Shown here piece by piece: positions 39,434 to 51,447 of a DNA stretch of 64,000 bases. The position numbers and the translations under genes are program-made. Origin of the DNA: Salpingoeca rosetta (taxonomy: Eukaryota; Protista; Choanoflagellata); the NCBI GenBank assembly GCA_033442325.1, contig JAWQFM010000006.1, positions 2,177,774 through 2,241,773 of the forward strand. The letters are read 5' to 3'. Numbering within the stretch: position 1 is the stretch's first letter; every line of letters begins with the position of its first letter. Under the pieces are notes generated by a model. The model saw only the letters and a program-made list of their open reading frames with translations, had not been told where the DNA came from and did no database searches.

Positions 39434-39552
39434 GAGCAACATCACCCGTCATTCCCGCCTGGTCACCCACGGCAGTACTGAACGGGCCCAAACGGGCTTG
39501 GCTTCCGCGATCGGACGAGAGCGGGCGTGATCCCGTTGGTATGAACGTTGCC
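39434..39552 (-). rRNA. 5S rRNA: 5S ribosomal RNA gene
   Basis: Reverse complement GGCAACGTTCATACCAACGGGATCACGCCCGCTCTCGTCCGATCGCGGAAGCCAAGCCCGTTTGGGCCCGTTCAGTACTGCCGTGGGTGACCAGGCGGGAATGACGGGTGATGTTGCTC (~119 nt) has the eukaryotic 5S landmarks CATACC, CTCGTCCGATC, GAAGCCAAGC, AGTACT, GGGTGACC, GGGAAT. All five helices pair. Confidence 0.95.
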
Positions 39553-39574
39553 GACAGCAAAGCAAAACAAGCAA

Positions 39575-39580
39575 TTTATA
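39575..39580 (-). promoter_or_regulatory. TATA box of the 5S gene
   Basis: TATAAA on the - strand at -28 to -23 relative to the 5S 5' end. Confidence 0.65.
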
Positions 39581-39599
39581 AAGGCAGAGCCAGCAAGCA

Positions 39600-40338
39600 G
39601 CAAGCAAGAAGAGGAAGAGGAAAATCCCACACCCACCAAAAAACCAGCAGCAGCAAGCAGAAACGAGCAAACAACCGATTCTGCTTTCCAACCAACCAAC
39701 CAATCCACTTGCCGTTGCTTGCTTCATTCTTCTTCTGCGCAGCAGCTGTGTGTGTGCGTGGTGCTGGTGGTGGGAATGGTGATGGTGATCATGGTCGTCG
39801 TCGCTGCTGACAGGCAGGTGAGATGAGTTGAGGTGAAGTGAGATGAAGGAGAGGTGAGGTGATGTGAGGTGAGGAGGTGGGAACGTGTCATTGGTTCGTG
39901 CACACACACACACACACACACATTGGTGGTTGTGCGTGCCACCTTCCTTCCTTCTCTTCCCTTCCTTTCCTTCGTCGTCCTTCTCGCTGACGCATTCAAA
40001 CACACGCACGCACACGCACACATGTGCAGGGAGGGTGTGCGCACCGTCTCTCTCCCCTTCTCTCCCCTTCCTTCCTTCCATCCATCCTTCCATCGTTGTC
40101 CATTTTCTTCTCCTGTGATGAACCACGCACAACCAACCAGCCAACCAACCAATGACCACATGAATGACCCATCCATCGACAGGTGAGGGTGAGATTGAGT
40201 GCTCGCACTTCTTCCTCCTCCACTCCGTTCTCCTCCTCTTCCCCTTCTTCCCCTTGCACACTGCGCACAACAACAACAACCACCACCACCATCAACAACA
40301 ACACCAACACAGCGCACACTGTCATCGTGCACACACAG

Positions 40339-40388
<50 letters not shown>

Positions 40389-40816
40389 TCACCGTTGTGT
40401 GGTGACAGAACAACTGCCATCAGCCACCGTCATGCAGCGGCCACCTTGAGAATGGATCATGCAGCCTCTTCACCAGTGAGCAGCACACACATGAGAAAGA
40501 GGGGGAAATGACATCAACCAACATCACAGCCAATGTATGTGTGTGTGTGTGCACGGGGTTGCGTTCCTTCTCATCCTCCCCCTTCTTTCTCCTCCTCTCT
40601 GCCTGTGTCTGTGACACACGCTGCTCACTGCTGCTGTTGTTGCTTGCTTGTTTGTGGTGCGTGCAGATGGATGTATTCCATCATCATCATCAGCAGCAGC
40701 AGCAGCAGCAGGTGCTGGCTGATGCGTGAGGCAGTGGGCAACTCCCACCAACCAACCAACAAATGACTACATGCTGACGGATGACAGGTGATCGAACCAC
40801 TGCATCACCCAGACAG

Positions 40817-40855
<39 letters not shown>

Positions 40856-42763
40856 GACGTGTGTGTGTGTGTGTGTGTGTGTCTCGAGGTGCATGTTCTC
40901 TTCTCCACCACCCACACGCCATCATCACCGCCTCCTCATTTTCTTGTGTGTTTGCTCACATCCTTCCCTTCCCACTCTCAACACCACTATCACCTTCCAC
41001 GCTTGTTTCTCCTTCCTTCTGCTGTCGCCGCACAGACGGCCCTTGAATTAGCAGCTGTCACCCCCACCTCCTCCTGCACCAACCACCACTGCTCTGGTGG
41101 GATGAACAGACGGGCGCTGCCATGTGATGACCATCCAGCCACGCTGTATGCGGCTGTGGAAACAGCAACACCAACACACACCACACCACAAACAAGCAAG
41201 CGATGAGCAACGTGAGTGCATCACTGCTCGTGCGCATGCGTGTGTATGCTGCGCACCGCACCAGTGTGCGTGTCTGTGATCGTTGTCTCTGCTGCTCCTG
41301 TCTCCCCTTGTTGTCCCACATCAATGTGCATGCATGTGTGTGGTGCGGCTGCCTGTTTTGCCTTGCTTGATGCGCTGTCTCATTCGTCGTTCTCACACAC
41401 AACTGCTTGCACACCTGCACATTCTCCACCTTGCAGCCGCTGCTTATATTCCCCTCTCTTTCTCGCCCTCCCTCGCGGCCATCACAACAACAGCAGCAGC
41501 AGAGAATGCACCACCACCATCACTAGCTGCTGAACACATCCCCCAGCCAACCAGCCAACCAACCCATCGCCCGCTGCAGCTGCTGGCGGAAGCTGGCTGT
41601 TTGCTGCTGGGAACAGGTGGCGACAGCACAAGTTGCACTTTCGGCGGGAAGCAGCAGCAGCAGCAGAGGTGAGGGCGAGAAGAAGAGGGAAAACGGAGAG
41701 GAGATGTTTGTTGGCTGGTTGGATGGATGGATGAGGTGGGGTGGGGGATGCTGGGTGAGTGTGATGTGGTGTGGTGTGGTGTGGTGTGGCTGGCTGGTGA
41801 CAGAGGATGGTGGTGTGTGGTGGTGGTGTGAGGAAGAGGGATGGAAGGAAGGATGGGGTGCAGCATGTCTTGTTCCCTCCCTTCTGTTTTCAGTTGTCTC
41901 TCTCTTCCCTTTGTTCTTCACACCTGCATGCACAACACCAGCAGTGGCAGTAGCAGTGTGGCTGCGCACATATCCATACTCCCTCTTTCCCTCCCACTCA
42001 CTCACCGTGCTGGGGCTCGCACACAACCACACTTACAGGCGATGCGCACGCACAAGCAGCAGGATGAGGGAAATGTCGAGAAGACTTGCCACGCGTGCCA
42101 GGTGCACTCGCCTCACACATGGTATGTGGGTGGCGATGAGTGGTTGGTAGTGTGATGGAGTGTGGTGATGGGGTGAAGCGAACGAGGGAAGAGGGTTGAT
42201 GGAGAATGATGGTCACGCACCGACACACACACACACACGTACGTACACGTGGTGCGTGTGATGTCAATCCCTCGTTCTGCTGTGCTGACGTTGGCCTGCT
42301 GTCTGCCTGTTTGTGTTCTCTGTTCCCATCCATGGTGCCTGCAACCACACGCACACACACATATGCACAGGTGGTGAGGTGCCAGCACACATCACAATGG
42401 TGATGGAAGCGGGCTAGCATGCCGGCTGCTGCTGCAGCAACTCCCCTGATTCGGCTGCCGCTGCTGTGCTCATGCAGTGTTCCCACATGTGAGCAAGGTG
42501 AGCCCATCATGCATGCTTTGGTTGGCACATGGCGCTTGTGTTGCTGCTCTGGGTGTGCTTGGTGTTGCTGCTGCCGTGCCTCGTGCAGCAGTGTAGCTGT
42601 GCAGCTCACATGCCATGTGTGCTTGTGGCTGCAGGGGCGACTGCCTGAGGATCGTTGGAGGATGATGGGCGGTGCACACATGATAGATTGGGAGGAGCAG
42701 CTGTGGACACACACGTCCATGGTCATGGTGGGCACATCCAACCACAGCGACGCAGTCATGTGC

Positions 42764-42818
<55 letters not shown>

Positions 42819-45800
42819 GTGGGGCGATGAGGAGGAAAGCAGTGGAGGGACAGGAAGGTGAACACGTCTGCTGTGCTCACATGCCATACCTGTGCCTTGT
42901 ATGTGTTGATGTTGTTGTGTCTTGTCGTTGTGTGTTGGTTGCATGCGCACCAGGGCCACATCAGAGGAGGGAAAGGAAGCCGCCATGAACGACACATCGT
43001 CACCATCATCAACCCTTCCCCATTTCTTTCTCCTTTCTCGCTCTTCCACCTCAGCTCCTCTGTCACCGCCATCACCACCGTCACCATCATCGCCATCGAC
43101 TGCATAGCCGACATCACACTCCGGCTGACACCAGCTCCAATCTGGCGTGAGGAACACATTGCACATGTCACTCGCTCTCATGAAGAGGTGAGCAATGTGT
43201 GCGTGTGTGTGTTGTGGTGAGTAGGGACAACATGTGTGCGTGTGGATGTGTGTCAGTGCGGGTGGTTGGATGGGGCTGGCGTGTGGTTGATGATGCTTCG
43301 CTGTCAACCTCACCCCCGCATTCTCCTCTTCGTGCGTCTGTACACACACACGTTTCACAGCGTTGAGGAGGCGCATGAAGCGGTGGAACCAACGACGATG
43401 ACGATGACGAGTGATGCAGGTGAGAGGCCGACTGAGATGTGTATGTGTGTGTTGGTTGACACGCTGTGCTTCCTTCTTCGCCTCCCCTCTTTCCTGGTCT
43501 GTTCTGTCCACTCATGTGTCTTCTCTTCTTCTTCTCCCCTTTTTCGATTGATTTGGACACAGTGCCATGCATCCTGTCTCCGTCCAACCAACCAGCCAAG
43601 CAGCCGAGCGAGCGAGCAAATGGACACGGCGTGGCAAGGGGCCGTTTGTTTTCACCGTTTCCACCACCAGCAGCAACAACAGCTGATGTGTGGCTGTATT
43701 TTGGATGAACTGGCCTTCCGTCTCTTGTCCATCTCCATCTTCTCCCTCGTCGTTGTCGTCATTGGTCACCAACAGCAGCGGCTGCGGCCGTGGATGTGGA
43801 GGTGAGATGAATGGGTGGGGATTGTGGTGGTGATGTGTGATGTGTTGGGTGTGAACAACAGCATGTATGCGGGTGTGATTGTGCGGTGCTGGTTGGATGT
43901 CGTTGGGTCTGTTGGTGATGGCAATGGGGTTTGTCGTCGTTGATATCCCCATTTGTGACAACTCACCTCTTTCTCCACACGCACACACACAGGGTGTGAT
44001 GTGCGTCGATGTGCTGTTGCCTCGCATGACGACGACGATGATGGTGGTGAGTGGTTTGTGGTGGATGTGGACTTGCGCACGCACACGCATGTGCAGATGT
44101 GATGCTTGTGGTGGTGGTGGTGAGGATGTGACATGTGCGTGCACAGGTGATGATGTGGGTGATGTGAATGTAACAAAGGAGGTGGATGTGGTTTGTTTCT
44201 GCCATGCTGGCTCACTGCGTGGTGTGATTCTTGCTGATCCGGTTCTGTGCTTGCGCATGTCTACATGTGTGTGATTTGCACAGGACGATGGCCGTTCTCT
44301 TCCCAAGTCCTCATGACATGAGCAGGGCGATACACGCACACACACAACCGTGCGAGAAAAGAAGGCACAAGGTGAGAGGCTGCCGCTGTGTGTGTGTGTG
44401 TGTGTGGTGATGGGGTGGTAGTACTCATTCACACGCACGTACACGCATGTACACATGCATGCCAACACACCAGAGCAGTCATTGGCTGTGGGGTGGTTGC
44501 ACTGACGTGTGTCACATGAATCAATCTCACAACTCAAATGTGTGTGTGTGTGTGCGTGGCTGCAGGCGGACGTTGTGCGGGTTTCCCCGACCAAATTTCC
44601 TTCCTCCTTTTCCCAACCAATCGCCTTTGCTCTGTGTCATCATCATCATCAGCCTTCCCCATGTGATGTGGAGCTGTTGAGGCATGATCGAGACAGCGGC
44701 CAACACAGGTAATGCAGCAGTGGTGATGTGGTGGATGTGGTGGATGTGGTGGTGTTGTGTGCTGGGTGCTTGTTTCGTTGTTCTTGTGTGTAGGTGATGC
44801 ACCCGCCCACAACATGCTGCATAGTCCCATGCGTGGTCCCTTTGTGTCCCTCCTTTCCTGTCCTCACCATCACCGGTCATTGTTCGTCCCTTGTTGGTTT
44901 CTCCTTGCCTCACAGGCGGGCATGATGCTGCTGCTACTGCTGGTGGCTGCTGTGATGATGGCCGTGCGTGTGCCTGTGCGCTGTGCACCGTGTTTGGGGC
45001 TGCGCCGATGAAGACAAGGAAGGACACGGCCCGTGCCCACCACTCTTCCCCTTTCATCTCCTCTTTCTGCTCCATCAGCGATGACGATGGTGGCCGTGGC
45101 ATGTGATTGCGGTTCCTTTTTCTGGCTTTGCTGTGGCACATCGGCTGGCTGGCTGGCTGCATCAAGCACGGGTGAGGATAATCGTTGATGGTTGGTTGGT
45201 TGGTGGTGGGCTGAGTTGTGGAGTGATGGGAAGCAGGGGAAGGGGGAAGTAACACGGTGGTGCGACGTGGGAGTGCAGAGCGAAAGGAGGGAGAGGGAAG
45301 GGAAGTGATAGGAGGGCGATGATGTTGGTTGGGGGATGGGGGGTGCGTGTGCACATGCACGTGATATCGTGTGGTGGTGGTATCACATGACGAGACACAT
45401 ATCAGTGGCTCATTCCTTTTGCTGGCACCTGTGTGATTGTGATTGTGTGATTGTGGTTGTGATGATGACTGCAGCAGGCAACACACGGCGGTGGATGCCG
45501 GATTGGATTGGCTGGGGTTGACTGGCCATCGTGTCGTGTCGCCCATTTCTCTCCCTCCCCTTGCTCATCTCAACCGGGAACACACACGGCCATGTGTGCA
45601 TGTGTGCGTGTACATGTGTGTGCATCGCCATCAACCACGCCGACAGCGACGCGATGCACGAGGTGAGGGCACGCAATGGTGTGTGTTTGGTGGAAGGGAT
45701 TGAGGGGAAGTGGGAGGAAGGCGTTCATCATGGCCACCATCACCACCACGGCTGTGCACCTGGTCATGTGACCGTGCATTTGGGGGGATGGAGATGAGGG

Positions 45801-48800
45801 GAGAGATGTTGTCGTTGTAATGCTTGTGGTGGTTGTGTTTGCATTGCTGTGCATGGTGCATCGTCTCACTCTGCAATGCCATGTGTGACAGTGTGCGTGT
45901 GTGTGTGTGTGTGACTGCAGATGTGCGTGCGCGTGTGCGCATATGTCAGGCAGATGCGTTGATCGACGACGAGGTGTGTGTGATTGTGGTTGACCTTTGT
46001 GTGCTTGTGCCATCACAACTACGTACAACACCAAGCACATCATCACCGTTTCACCCCAGATGTTGTTGTTGTTCATTCATGCATGACATGCTCACATCCA
46101 CCGCCCTCCCCTTGCTTCTCCTTCTTCCTCTCTTCTGCTGCCACCCCTCCACTGTTTCCCACCACCCCCTTTTCACCCACACACAGAGAGGAACCCATCC
46201 ACATCCAACACCCATGCCCACGCCCACATCCACGCACGCATGCCATGCCATGGCGAGCTGTGCCACCTCAACCAACCCAACTCAACCCAGGCCGAGGAAA
46301 GGAAGAGGGGAAGCAAGGACAGAAGACGTTATGCTCCCAACAGATGTGTGTGTGTGCATGTTGATGGACGGTGTTCTCCCCCCCCCCTCCATCGCCTCGC
46401 CTCTTGCTTCCATGACGATCTGGCTGGGTGGCTGTTGCCCCCCTCCCCTTGTTTATGTTCTCTTCCAGCCTTTTGTGGCTGTTCGTTGTCTGTTGTGACT
46501 GTGAGGAGCGGAGGAGAAAGCGAAAAAGAGAAGAAGAGGGGGAGGAGAGGAGAGGAGAGGGGGTACATGCTGTCCACAACTCTGTGTGTGTGTGCGTGTG
46601 TGTTTGGCTGTTTCTTCTTTTCCAATCCCCCCTTCTCCCTTCCCTCCTCAGCCTGCAAGGCCTGTGAGCCTGCGTTGCATTCACACACACAGTGCTGTTC
46701 CCCCTTCTTCTCCTCCCTCTCCTTCTTCTGCACGCAAGTCCGCCCTTCAACAAGCAAACGCAGAAAGCAAACAGCAGTTGCCGCACAAACGCAGCAGTGG
46801 GCGATTATTTGTGGCATCTTCCACAAATCGCCCAAACACGAACCAACAAGACCAACACAACAAACAAGCGACAGGCGACACGCGAATCAAGGTGCGTGCA
46901 TGTGTGTGCTTGAGTGGGAGGTGGTGGCTTGCGTTGTTCGTGTGCGTGGCTGGCGCAGGGTTGGTGGAGAGGAGGGTGAGCGTGCGCGTTGTGACGGGCA
47001 CTCACTGGCGGTCCTGTTGTGGGTGATCTCGTTTGGTTCCATGGACTGTGTGGGGTGTGGTGGGTGATGGTGTGATGGTGAACAGTTGCAAGCAGAGAAC
47101 ACGCACAGCAGCGACCACACCATGGATGTGTGCAGGGCCAAAGGCATGCAAGGCGTTGCCCACGGTCAGTGAGGCTGACATATGTGCTGCACAGGCCCAT
47201 GCCACGCTGGCACCGTGAGTTTGGGTGAGTTCTGTCAATTGGTTTGACTGCTGTGTGGGTGCGTGTGATTGTGTATGTGAAGGAGGGAGAGTGGGACGTG
47301 GCTGTGGTGGGTGTTGTGACCTCACACGCTCTCCTGCTGCTGTGGATGCATTTGGCTCACACGCACAGACACACACACACACAGAGGGATGATGGGCTGC
47401 ATCGACCCACACACATGAGTGTGTGAACACACACGCACACACGCACACGCTGACAGGCAGTCTGATGCCACCTCACGGTGCGTTGCACTTGCATGTGTAC
47501 ATGACTGTGACTGTGTGCATGTCGTTCATGCTGTGTCTGCTTGTGATTCACACTGTGTGTGTGTGTGGTGGCTGCTTGCTTCCCTCTGTCTCACACACAT
47601 GTGTATGTGTTTGGATGGTGACACACACGCACACAGACAGACAGTGAGTGGGTGTGCAGACACACATGCCCACACAGCAAGGCAGGGCATACTCTTCCTC
47701 CTCTCCTCTCCCTCTCTCCCTCTCCTGCCACCACCGCTGGTGCATGGAAGGACCAGTGGATGCAAGGCGTGTTGGATGACGCTGGGCTGGCTGATGTCTT
47801 TCCCTTGGTGTGTGTGTGTGTGTGTTTGCAGCACTGCTGCTCTTGTTTCCCGCTGTTTGTGTCTGTTGTGTTTGTTGTGCGTTGCTGCTTCCTGTGTGTG
47901 TGTGTGTGTGTGTGTGTGTTCACCACAGCCACGTCGTGTGCGCCCATCACCATCGTCTGTGCTCACACACCTCCCATGTCTCCCTTTCTTCTTCTGCTCC
48001 CTTCCCTCGCTTCCCTCTTTGTCATATCCCCACACGCACATGCACATGCACACATGGACGCTTGTGCAGGGGAAAGTGCAGGCTGTTTGTTGGAACACAT
48101 GGCAAGGCACGCGCAACCAAGCAAGGACACACGAGCAAGCATGGACACAGGACAAGCAAGCAAGGCGTGGGGCTGCCATAGACCACGCACCCCGTTGGAG
48201 AAGGAGGGGAGCGTGAGCGCGTGGTGTTGATTGTGTATGCGTTGTGTTATTGTGTTCTGTTGTTGTTGACAGCGTGCACGTCTCTCTCCCCTGTATCCTT
48301 CCTCCCCTCCCTTTCTCTCCGTTCTCTCTGTTCTCTCTTGCCACAGTATGCACACTGCTGTTGCTGCTGCTGCTGTTGTTGTTGTTGGCTGAAGGTGATG
48401 ATGGCGGTTGATGGGGGAGTGAAGCGGTGTGGCGCAGCATGGAGCTGTCGCTTGTTGTGTGTGTTGTGTGTGTGTGTGTTGCTTGCAGTTGATATGGGGA
48501 TGCTTTCTCGCTTGTTCTTACCACCTGTGTGTGTGTTTGCTTGCTGTCGTGTTGTTGAAGTGAAGTGGAAATATACAATGCAACACGCATGTGCAGCTGT
48601 GTGTATCGTGTGATGCTGCTGGTGGTCGATGGTTGCGGTGAAGTAAACACAGTGTGTGTTGTTGTGATGTGACTTGGGTTAGTGGCGAGCTGGGCGTGTG
48701 GCTGTGTAGTGGGTGTTGCATGCAGGTGAGGACAGCAGCAGCAGCAGTGAACGAGGGAGTGGGGGCAAGGATGAAGCGAGTGAGTGATGATGGCAGCGAC

Positions 48801-49700
48801 TGGTGGTGGATGTGAACAGGGCTGATGTAGAAGAAGGCGACAGTGTGGGCTTGATGGGTTTATGATGTGTTGTAACACATGCAGCATGAAACATGAACGA
48901 GGCAGGAAAGGAAGGGAAGGCAGGCTCAAGGGAAGGAGTGGCGGCACAAAGTAGTGAACAGGGACAAGGGAAGGCATGCAAGCACATGGAAACAATAGCA
49001 GCAGTGGCAAGAATTGAAACAAGACAGGAGGAGGGGTGCGGTGACAAACAAGGCTTGTGGTGACAAGGTGGTGACAGAAGGGGATGAAGGGAAGCACAAA
49101 TACGCACAGTGGGTCGTGTTGTGGTGCTGTGTTGTGCTGTGTGAAGTGAAGGATGAGTGATGTTGTGTGGGGAGGTGCTGTGTGGCGGTGAATGGATGGA
49201 AGAGAAGGAGAGACAAGGGCGAATGAAGCATGTGGCAACAAGTGCAAAGCAACAATGCAACACATGGAATGTGGAACAGCGAAGGGAAGAGAGAAAGGCG
49301 CAAACGTGAGTGAAGGGTGGGACAAAGGGACAAAGCGGCACATGCATGGATGTGTTGTGCCGTGTTGTGTTGTGATTGTGGAGATGGAGCAATGGAAGTA
49401 GAAGCACGAACATTGCAAGCAGTAGCAAGCATGCACGAAGAGAGAAGGTAAAGTGGGAAGAGGAGAAGGCGATTGCAGCGAGCTTCTTACACATCCGATC
49501 ATATCGCTGGGGCGAGGGAGGAAGCGCAGGTGATGTTAGAGAGTGAATCCGAGAAGCGAGGCGATGCTGTTGGGTGAAGTGGAGTGAAGTGAAGTGAAGT
49601 CGAGAGGGTGACAGAGCGGTGGGTGAGTGATGGTGTGGATTGAGAAAGGGTCGATTGCAGATGCGTGCAGGCATGGTGGGTGATGCTGTGGCACAGTGGC
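39600..49700. other. About 10-kb low-complexity non-coding spacer
   Basis: No exon-like high-complexity segments. Dominated by GTG/CAC/GT/GA simple sequence. Intergenic gaps elsewhere in the window are only 0.3-0.9 kb. Confidence 0.65.
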
Positions 49701-50020
49701 GAGTGAGTAGACTGAGGAGCGTTGTGGAGTGAACAAGGTGGATGCAAGGGAAGTTGTGGGTGCTTGCAAGCAACACGCACAGAGCAAGCAAGCGTACACA
49801 CGAAGTGTCTGCAGTGAGTAGACGAGGGTGAATCCAATGGGAGTAGGGAATGTTGTGAGTGCTTGCGAGTGAGTAGACGGATGTGGTGGAGTGAATCCAA
49901 TGCAAGCAGGAGATGTTGTGAGTGCTTGCAGACGGATGTGGTGGAGTGAATCCCATGCAAGCAGGAGATGTTGTGAGCAGAGGATCGTTTTGCAGTGAAT
50001 CCTATGCAAGTAGAAGAACC
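49700..50020. repeat. Degenerate tandem subrepeats (50-65-nt unit, core GTGAATCCxATGCAAGxAGGAGATGTTGTGAGTGCTTGC)
   Basis: Core starts at 49828, 49891, 49946 and 49995, with weaker copies at 49729 and 49543. Confidence 0.85.
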
Positions 50021-50823
50021 TACCAATGTTTGCGAGCAACGCAGCAGCACTGTGCAATCGCATGCAAGTGTGTTTGCAGTGAGCAGAGGATTGCTACTCA
50101 TCCAATCCACTGAAACACGTTCCCGTGCCTGCAGGTAACAGCTACACACAAACGCATGCACACACACACGTGTACACGTGTCCTTTGCGCTGCTCCTCGT
50201 CGTTCTCTGCGTGATTGCTTGTCGCTTGTGCAATCACATGGAAACGAATCCGTCCTCGCTGCTCTACTCCTCAGTTCCTCTGCTTTGCTCCTTCTTACTT
50301 CAGCGCAGCGTGCCTGCAGGCAAGTAGAAGTGCGCACAGCGCGGTGTGCTCGCGTGCACGTGTGCCTGCAAGCCAGCCACGTGGTCTTGTGCGTGTTGCG
50401 GCAGCTCATGGCATGGTGCAGTGACGTTTGCTCGCTTGCTCATTTGATCATCGGAGTAGGGAGACTGGGGCGGTGAAGTCAAAAAGGGGGTGCAGAAAAA
50501 GTGCGATCATGTGATGAAAAAAGGCTGAAAACTGTCATGAGTAGTGTCTGAACACTGTGTCGCGATGCACCAGTGCAGCTGCAGCTGATGCAGCGTACGC
50601 GAAGCAAATTGCATGCATGCATGCAAGCATTGGTTGGTCACGGGCCAGGGGATTTTGGGGTGTGAGCAATGTGAAGAATCTTGATGCAGTGAAGCTGTGC
50701 GCACTCGCTAGATCCAGTCACAAATCTAGATCTAGCAGATTCACTGAATCTAGATTGCGGTGCCTGCAGGCAAAGTGCACGAGGACAAAGCAGCGATTCA
50801 AACAGCTGCCGCTCGATGGATTG

Positions 50824-51347
50824 GCATACATGAGAGGAAGGATGCAAATGAGCAAGACAAAAAAAAAAGGAAAAGAGAAGGCAAAGGCAAAGAGCCGCTG
50901 AGTAGAGGCGCAAGCATGAGAGCAAGGCGATTGTCGCTGAGCAGGATTGCTTGCGGGCACGAAAAGCCGCGTCTGCGCCCTTGCATACAACTTCTCTTTC
51001 TTCTTGGGTCTTTGTTCTCCTGTGTTCTGAGCGACCTCTCTCTTCATGTGTGTGTGTGTAGTGTGTAGTGTGTGAGTGCAGGCAGAGCGAAGCGACACTC
51101 TTATGTGTGTTGTGAGCAATGCTTGCACGAGCACGCATGCATGCACGGCACATGCAATGAGAACAGCACGGGCGTGTGTCTGTGTGTGGATGCTTGTGTG
51201 TGTAGTGTGATGCGTGAGCGATGTGTGTGGGTGTGATGAGGCACATGCGGGGAGGCGAGCAAGCGATTGTTCGTGTCTCTGTGTGTGTTCTTGTGATCAC
51301 TCGCATCATGAGCAAACGCATCTCCACTACACAGAAGCAAAAGCAAC
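50824..51347 (+). ncRNA. Highly structured non-coding RNA segment, candidate pre-rRNA 5' external transcribed spacer
   Basis: Three long stem-loops with many G-U pairs that form only on the + strand: 50824-51053, 51076-51128 and 51192-51338. The last is capped by GCGAGCAA-GCGA-TTGTTCGT (GNRA tetraloop). The segment ends AAAAGCAAC at the gap. Confidence 0.5.
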
Positions 51348-51447
51348 NNNNNNNNNNNNNNNNNNNNNNNNNNNNNNNNNNNNNNNNNNNNNNNNNNNNN
51401 NNNNNNNNNNNNNNNNNNNNNNNNNNNNNNNNNNNNNNNNNNNNNNN
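51348..51447. other. Assembly gap (100 N, true size unknown)
   Basis: Run of 100 n. Confidence 0.99.

Noticed and set aside
39271-39810. 179-aa plus-strand ORF (MEASMPASKEEEE...)
   Set aside because: Its only complex portion is the antisense of the 5S rRNA gene. The rest is purine-rich simple sequence.
47526-49956. Long minus-strand ORFs (658 aa and 425 aa)
   Set aside because: Low-complexity H/T/P/L/S sequence caused by strand-biased simple repeats. No domain or coding-like codon pattern.
49700-50020. Repeat-spacer-like array resembling CRISPR
   Set aside because: Units are degenerate, the intervening sequences resemble each other, there are no cas genes, and the context is eukaryotic.
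50700-50760. Hairpin plus CTAG as a Helitron 3' end or transposon terminus
   Set aside because: The hairpins are not GC-rich, CTAG is not followed by T, and no transposase, Rep/helicase or matching second terminus is visible.
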